A DNA stretch of 57,738 nucleotides, counting the filler, from Dugesia japonica (lineage: Eukaryota): assembly GCA_001938525.1 (NCBI GenBank). It is 5 parts of 5 records of this genome, joined end to end, with 100 filler letters (N's around TTAATTAATTAA, not from the genome) between each part and the next. Parts side by side here need not be neighbours in the genome. Positions count along the whole stretch, not along the records: positions 49,050 to 57,738 come from MQRL01507148.1; 4 more parts are not named here. The stretch is one strand, 5' to 3'. The notes beneath the pieces were generated by a model that saw only the letters and a program-made list of their open reading frames with translations, had not been told where the DNA came from and made no database searches. This document shows positions 51,844-57,738 of this stretch, in pieces. The translations under genes were made by a program, and so were the position numbers. Every line of letters begins with the position of its first letter. Position 1 is the first letter of the stretch.

Positions 51844-53356
51844 AAGACTTTATTTGTTAAGTGTTCTAAATATTTTGTATACTTTTATGTGTTTTTTTCC
51901 AATGTTATATAATAAATCGTATTTTAAATATATAGTTTTAATTAAATATTATAATTTAAAAAAAAATCTTGTTTTAAATTGCTTTCTTGAATTTTTGGTA
52001 ATATTTATATGTTGAGGTACCTTGGGGGATTTGGCCAAGATAAGTCAACAATGCGTGAGTTTAAATAAAATAAATTAAATAATCCCAGTATAATAATGTT
52101 ATAAATTGAACTTATAAACTTTAATATAGCTACTATAAATATAATGATATAATGGATATATAAGGCTATATAGTAATCCTTATAATAAATAATGAAAATT
52201 CATTTTCGTATATAAACTTTATTATAGATGATAACAATTTACAAAGTAATTAGCTTTTTATATTTTTAACCTTCTTTGTAAATCTGAAGAAGATTTAAAC
52301 GGTTGAANGGTTTTAAATTGGTGTCTCAAACTAAATTTCAATCACTATTTATACTAATTTTGAGATAAAAACGGAAACCATAAAATTATCAAAGTTTTAC
52401 ATATAATTTTAAATGATATAAATAATAATAAATAAAATTTACATTAATAATGATAATTGTGCAAATACTCTTTCGAATTAATAAAATTTACATTAATAAT
52501 TGTTCAACGGAAATAAATAAAATTCACATAATAAAATTCACATTTCAACGCTTATTGATTCAGTAATAATTATACAACGGAAATAAATAAAATTTGATTC
52601 AATAATAATTATAGCGTTTAAAACTTTAATAGTGATTTAAAAATAAAAATTTACAATAAAATAAAATAATGATTATTAAAAAAAATGATTGTCAAGATAA
52701 CATTTAAATGATTGTCAAGATAATATTTACACATAATCGATAGTTCGAATAGTAATATTCCAATCACAAAAATACAATATTAGTCCGATTTTTTGATTGA
52801 ATTGTTGTTCGAATATTGATTTTTTGGATTGTAGGTTGACTCGAATATTGGATATTGATTGTATCCATATGTTTGTATATTATATAGGTGTATGTGTGCA
52901 TGTGTATTTAAGGTTGGTTATATGGTTGGTTTTTCCNNNNNNNNNNNNNNNNNNNNNNNNNNNNNNNNNNNNNNNNTTTTCAGCATTTCTTCTATAATAA
53001 GATCTAAATTCATTATTAATGAATATTTAAATGAATTTTGTTTTTATTTAACATGTTCGTGTCATGCACAATGCATGTTTGCAATAAAAAAAACTTAATA
53101 AATAATAAAAAAACAAATGATAATAACAACGTTTATTTAAATAAATACGAAAATATACAATTTTGTTCCTAAAGAGGACCGGTTATACGTTCACAAATGT
53201 TTTTTGAGAATGTTTTCTTTTATAATCTAAATAAAAAATAATTAAAATAAGCATTTAAAAAACAAATAAATAAATAAATACCGTTTGTTTACCAGACTTG
53301 ATCGAATAAACNNNNNNNNNNNNNNNNNNNNNNNNNNNNNNNNNNNNNNNNNNNNN

Positions 53357-56300
53357 GACACTGCTATTTTTACCTACCCATACGCACTTATCGTCAGTGT
53401 TTGTTAGTGCTAATTTGTTCGACTTAATGCTAAATAATTGATGATTTTTTGTGGTTATCCTAAATTGTTCCACCGAGACCGATTTGTTCTCATTATAACA
53501 GTCAAGGTAAGACTGATGAAAAATTTCTGTGTTCTTCAATGTTATGCCTTTTGTTCTCGAGCGGTTCTTATCTCCGAGAAGGCTATAGCATTTCGGCCTC
53601 AAAATTACCCATTCTTGATACTTCTTCCCTTTAATTTCGTCAGTGAATTTCCCTATTACTAAGTTCATTCTGTTACTCTAAAGGTCATGATCTTAATCAT
53701 TATTCAAAGTATCGAGAAGCTAATCTCTCACTATACTTGCTATTATAGTTTCTAGTTTAATATTTTTTTTCCAGAAAAAAGCTATCTGTATCGCCGTCTA
53801 CAATATTAATTTTACAATTATATTCCTTCCTGTACTTGGCCAACTCAATGTACTGAAGTTTGTACATTCTCAATTTTGAGAGGTCAAGTACAATTTGCCC
53901 TATGTAGCTTGGACGATCTAAATAAACTATATCCTTATTGAGAAGAACAGCTATTAAATCATCATCAATTTTTGTAGTTTTATAAATCTGGCTTTTGATG
54001 TATATGTAATCAGCTTCTTTGTCGAATTACATATACGCAGAATTGATCTGGTTCTTGAGATTCTCCACTGATTTTCCAAATAAACTGTTGTTTAACAGTT
54101 TAAAATAATTTTTATCCACTTCCGTACACAATTTGATCTGAGAATTGTGTTTGTATTTATATAATTCTCAAAAATTGAAACCTGGCTGAATTTAACTCCN
54201 NNNNNNNNNNNNNNNNNNNNNNNNNNNNNNNNNNNNNNNNNNNNNNNNNTACAATATTAATTTTACAATTATATTCCTTTCTGTACTTGGCCAACTCAAT
54301 GTACTGAAGTTTGTACATTCTCAGTTTTGAGAGGTCAACTACAGTTTGTCCTATGTAGCTCGGATTATCTAAGCAAACTATATTCTTATTGAGAAGAACA
54401 GCAATTAAATCATCATCAATTTTGGTTGTTTTTTTAAATCCGGCTTTTGATATGTATGTTATCAGCTTCTTTGCTGAATTACATAAGCGCAGATTGATCC
54501 TGTTCTTGAGATTCTCCACTGATTTTCCATATAAACTGTTATTTAAAGTTTATAATAGTTTTTATCCGATTCTGTAACACAATTTGATCTGAGAACTGTG
54601 TTAGTATTGATATAATTCTCGAAAATTGAAACCTGACTGAATTTAACTACTCGATAAACCTCTGTTACTTGAACCCCTAAACTTAAATACATTTTAAGAA
54701 ATCTCCAATGCACTATGTAATTGCCCTTGGAGTAGTGCGTTAACATTAATTTCTTCACTTTACAACTTGGAGCGCTTCTATGTTCTGCTGCAATAGGTAA
54801 ATCATTCAAATAATCATGAATATCTGCAGGAATCACCATGTCTACTTCTAGAGTGTATCCGTATGGCAATGAATCCAAGTCTGCATTCTTACACTCTTCC
54901 AAAACCCTATCTAATCCATCATAGAACCATTCAAAATATGCAAAGGGTAACTTTTGACTAAGTGCCCAACCATATAGATTATTAATATCTATATACAAAA
55001 GGTCCGCATTCTCAGTAGTGGCAACATCGTGCTTGTTAACGAATGTTAACCCTCCTCTTATACCTCCTTAAAAAAGGTATACATATCATTATCTTGAAGC
55101 AACTCAATTGGTGTTTCCAATGACATCAATGCAGATGCCCATGACATTCCTGGTATTCCGAAAAATTCAACGATTTCAAATTATTGTTTGCTAAAGACTT
55201 TGCACGGAATTGCTGAAAATAATCAGCTAATAAATACACATCCAGTTTCAAATATAGCATCATATTGTCCAACAAATTTGTACAGTTGAATATTTCCCAC
55301 ATTCATAATGCTTTCTCATACTCTTCTCTACTAACATCCTCCCATTTTGGTGGCATTTGCTTTGTTTCATCCAGAATCTGTAAGCTCGTTGCAAAACTGT
55401 ATGGAAATATCCCCGTTGACTTGGTAATAATCTGATTCTTAAACTCCTCAGTAGTCAAAGGTGTTGCTTTTAAGGATTTAACAGCGAAGTCTAATGAGGA
55501 ATTTATAAACTTATAGCTGTCGATGAATTTGATTGATGTTGATTTATTTTGCCGAACAATTAGACATAGAAATTATTCTGATGTTGTTGGGATGCATGAT
55601 ATTTCTCAATTTTTAAACTTATTAATACTATAATTAAGGATATGATGAATATCATATCCTCGTAAATTGCGAAAGACCACTGGTAGTTAAATATGCAATT
55701 TTCTACTTAAATTGCATTGGTTGCATGCTGCTCTTCTATATTTTCCTGAGAAATGGTCATGGTCACGAACGGAATCTCTTATTTCCTTCTTACATAAGTA
55801 ACAAATTTTTGCGGCTTTGAATTCTTTATCTTGATCTATTGTTATTATAATTTTCTTTTTTCCTCCACAGCCTTTAAGAAATTATACACACAGTCATCTC
55901 CTAAAAACTGTCTGTGTGTTGATTCGTTAGTAAACTTATTTACCAACAATACGCCAGCCGAAACTGGTAAATGTTTTTGGAAATGCTTCTCATCTGGAGG
56001 TAAAGCCGACTCAAAATCCGAATATATAACAAAAGGTGGTGTTATAGTTTTCGAATAATCCTTAAAAATCAAGTTCTTCTCTGTTGGCATCGTATACATG
56101 GTGGTACCTGTTTGGATTTTTCGCAAATTGGTTCATGTTTCTCATATGCTATTTCATTTTTGAACCGGTTGAGACAGTTAGGACACCATGTTGATTGAAT
56201 GCGAACACCTTGTCCTTTATTACCCCGAGTCATTAGGCGATTTAGATTTAGTACTGCGGTGTAATGAAATGCCTTGTTATTTTTCAGTAATAACAGATGT

Positions 56301-57738
56301 ATTTTCTCTCCATCTACCACTTTTGATCGGTGTATTATATCCAAATTTGTATGTTTCATGATTACTTCATCTTCTTCATCCTCCACTGAATCTTGATTCC
56401 ATGATAAAACATTGATGGATAGTCCTGGAGTATTCTTCTCAAACTTTGGTATATCAATCAGTTTCATCGGCATATCATCTTTGTCGAATATAAGCTCTGA
56501 CATGTATTTCTTATATTTTCCTGCTCAGTTTTTATTCTTTTCTCCAACTTGCTCTTTTTTAGTGATAGCCAGAATACTGTAAATAAAACAGTAATTGTCA
56601 TCATTCTTGACGTTTAAAATTGCTCTTTTCATTTTTAAAATTTTCGGTGTTGGAATATAACTTTTCCCCGAAAGTCGACAAATATCAGCAACCTTTGTGA
56701 TTTTGAAATTAATTTTCAGTTTTCGATTCACATTCGAACTAGAACCTAATTCGCTTTTTATTGTTATTTTCTCATTTAATTAGTTAATCCCATCTTCAAA
56801 AAAGTTATCAGTTAATGCAACGGCTCTATTTGATATTCTACAGGATTTAAACTCAAATTCTTCTAAATCAGCAGTTGTTAATCTTTTGAACTCTACATGT
56901 ATTCCAAATTGTATTTTAACTTGCTTCATTTCTTCTATTGTCTGAAATAATTTGGCAACTATTGCTTCTGGTAACATTATTTCATGACAATTCCATCTTA
57001 AAACATCTATTTTAAGTATCCTATTACAGCGATACAAATCAGATTCTATAATTACTCCATCATCCTCAGTATTATTTGCTGATCCACTAACTTGATTATT
57101 ATTTTCCGCTTCTTCTGTATCCATAAACTGTTGTAACATGATATCTTCTTCTGTATTCATTATCAAACCACCAACTTGATTATTTTCCTCTTCCATATCG
57201 ATGATCTCATTTAACACGATATCTTCTTCATCGAGTTCANNNNNNNNNNNNNNNNNNNNNNNNNNNNNNNNNNNNNNNNNNNNNNNNNNTTTCTTCTATT
57301 GTCTGAAATAATTTTGCAACTATTGCTTCTGGTAACATTATTTCACGACAATTCAATTTTGATGCATTTATTTTAAGTATCCTATGGCAGCGATACAAAT
57401 TCGATTCTATAATTACTCCATCATCCACAATTATATTTGCTGATCCACCAACTTGAGCATTATTTTCCGCTTCTTCTACATCCATAAATTGTTGTAACAT
57501 GATATCTTCTTCAGTATTCATTATCGATCCACCAACTTGATTATTTTCCTCTTCCATATCGATGATCTCATTTAACACAATATCTTCTTCATCGAGCTCA
57601 TCAATTATTTCAAAACTGCTCCAATTATCTGATTCAATATTGATTGCATCTTTTTCTTGTACAGTATTTAATGTTTCTTCTTCTGGTTCCAAATTGTTGA
57701 TTTCTTCAACATATTTAATTACTTCAACAGGTTCAACC
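53357..57738 (-). pseudogene. pPolB copy 2, nearly full length, with duplicated segments across gaps
   Basis: NDDNYCF, FHYTAV, CPNC..HEPIC, YSDFES, RDHDH, YIDINNLYG, KLLNNSLFGK, GDTDSFF, LRPKCY; runs off the window. Confidence 0.95.

Noticed and set aside
1-57738. Alternative genetic code to explain in-frame stops
   Set aside because: All three stop types and frameshifts occur in the TE frames while host exons translate cleanly; ordinary decay suffices

Overview
Very AT-rich eukaryotic (probably metazoan) DNA with tiny GT-AG introns (43-48 nt). It is stitched from five pieces by artificial 100-nt N/TTAATTAATTAA/N linkers (cores at 13599, 28588, 38340, 48994), so adjacency across those points is not biological. 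The window is mostly a graveyard of mobile elements. Polinton/Maverick (adintovirus-like) remnants dominate: three pPolB copies, two major capsid genes, two adenain-type proteases, a core protein, a penton fragment, an exonuclease-like gene, intron-containing accessory genes and at least five AGTAG-type termini, several nested in one orientation. Also present are decayed Ty3/Gypsy, hAT, mariner, Penelope-like and foldback elements, three minimal hammerhead ribozyme motifs and several minisatellites. Two host genes are visible: a smoothelin-like CH-domain gene with an apparent pair of mutually exclusive exons, and the 3' part of a Ser/Thr kinase. The best leads are the co-oriented nested polinton cluster, a SUMO-site/SIM array with QVGG repeats at the pPolB N-terminus, a hidden zinc-deaminase-like (HAE...CxxC) frame beside the capsid modules, spliced polinton accessory genes and the hammerheads. 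All family calls are motif recognition by eye; no searches were run.
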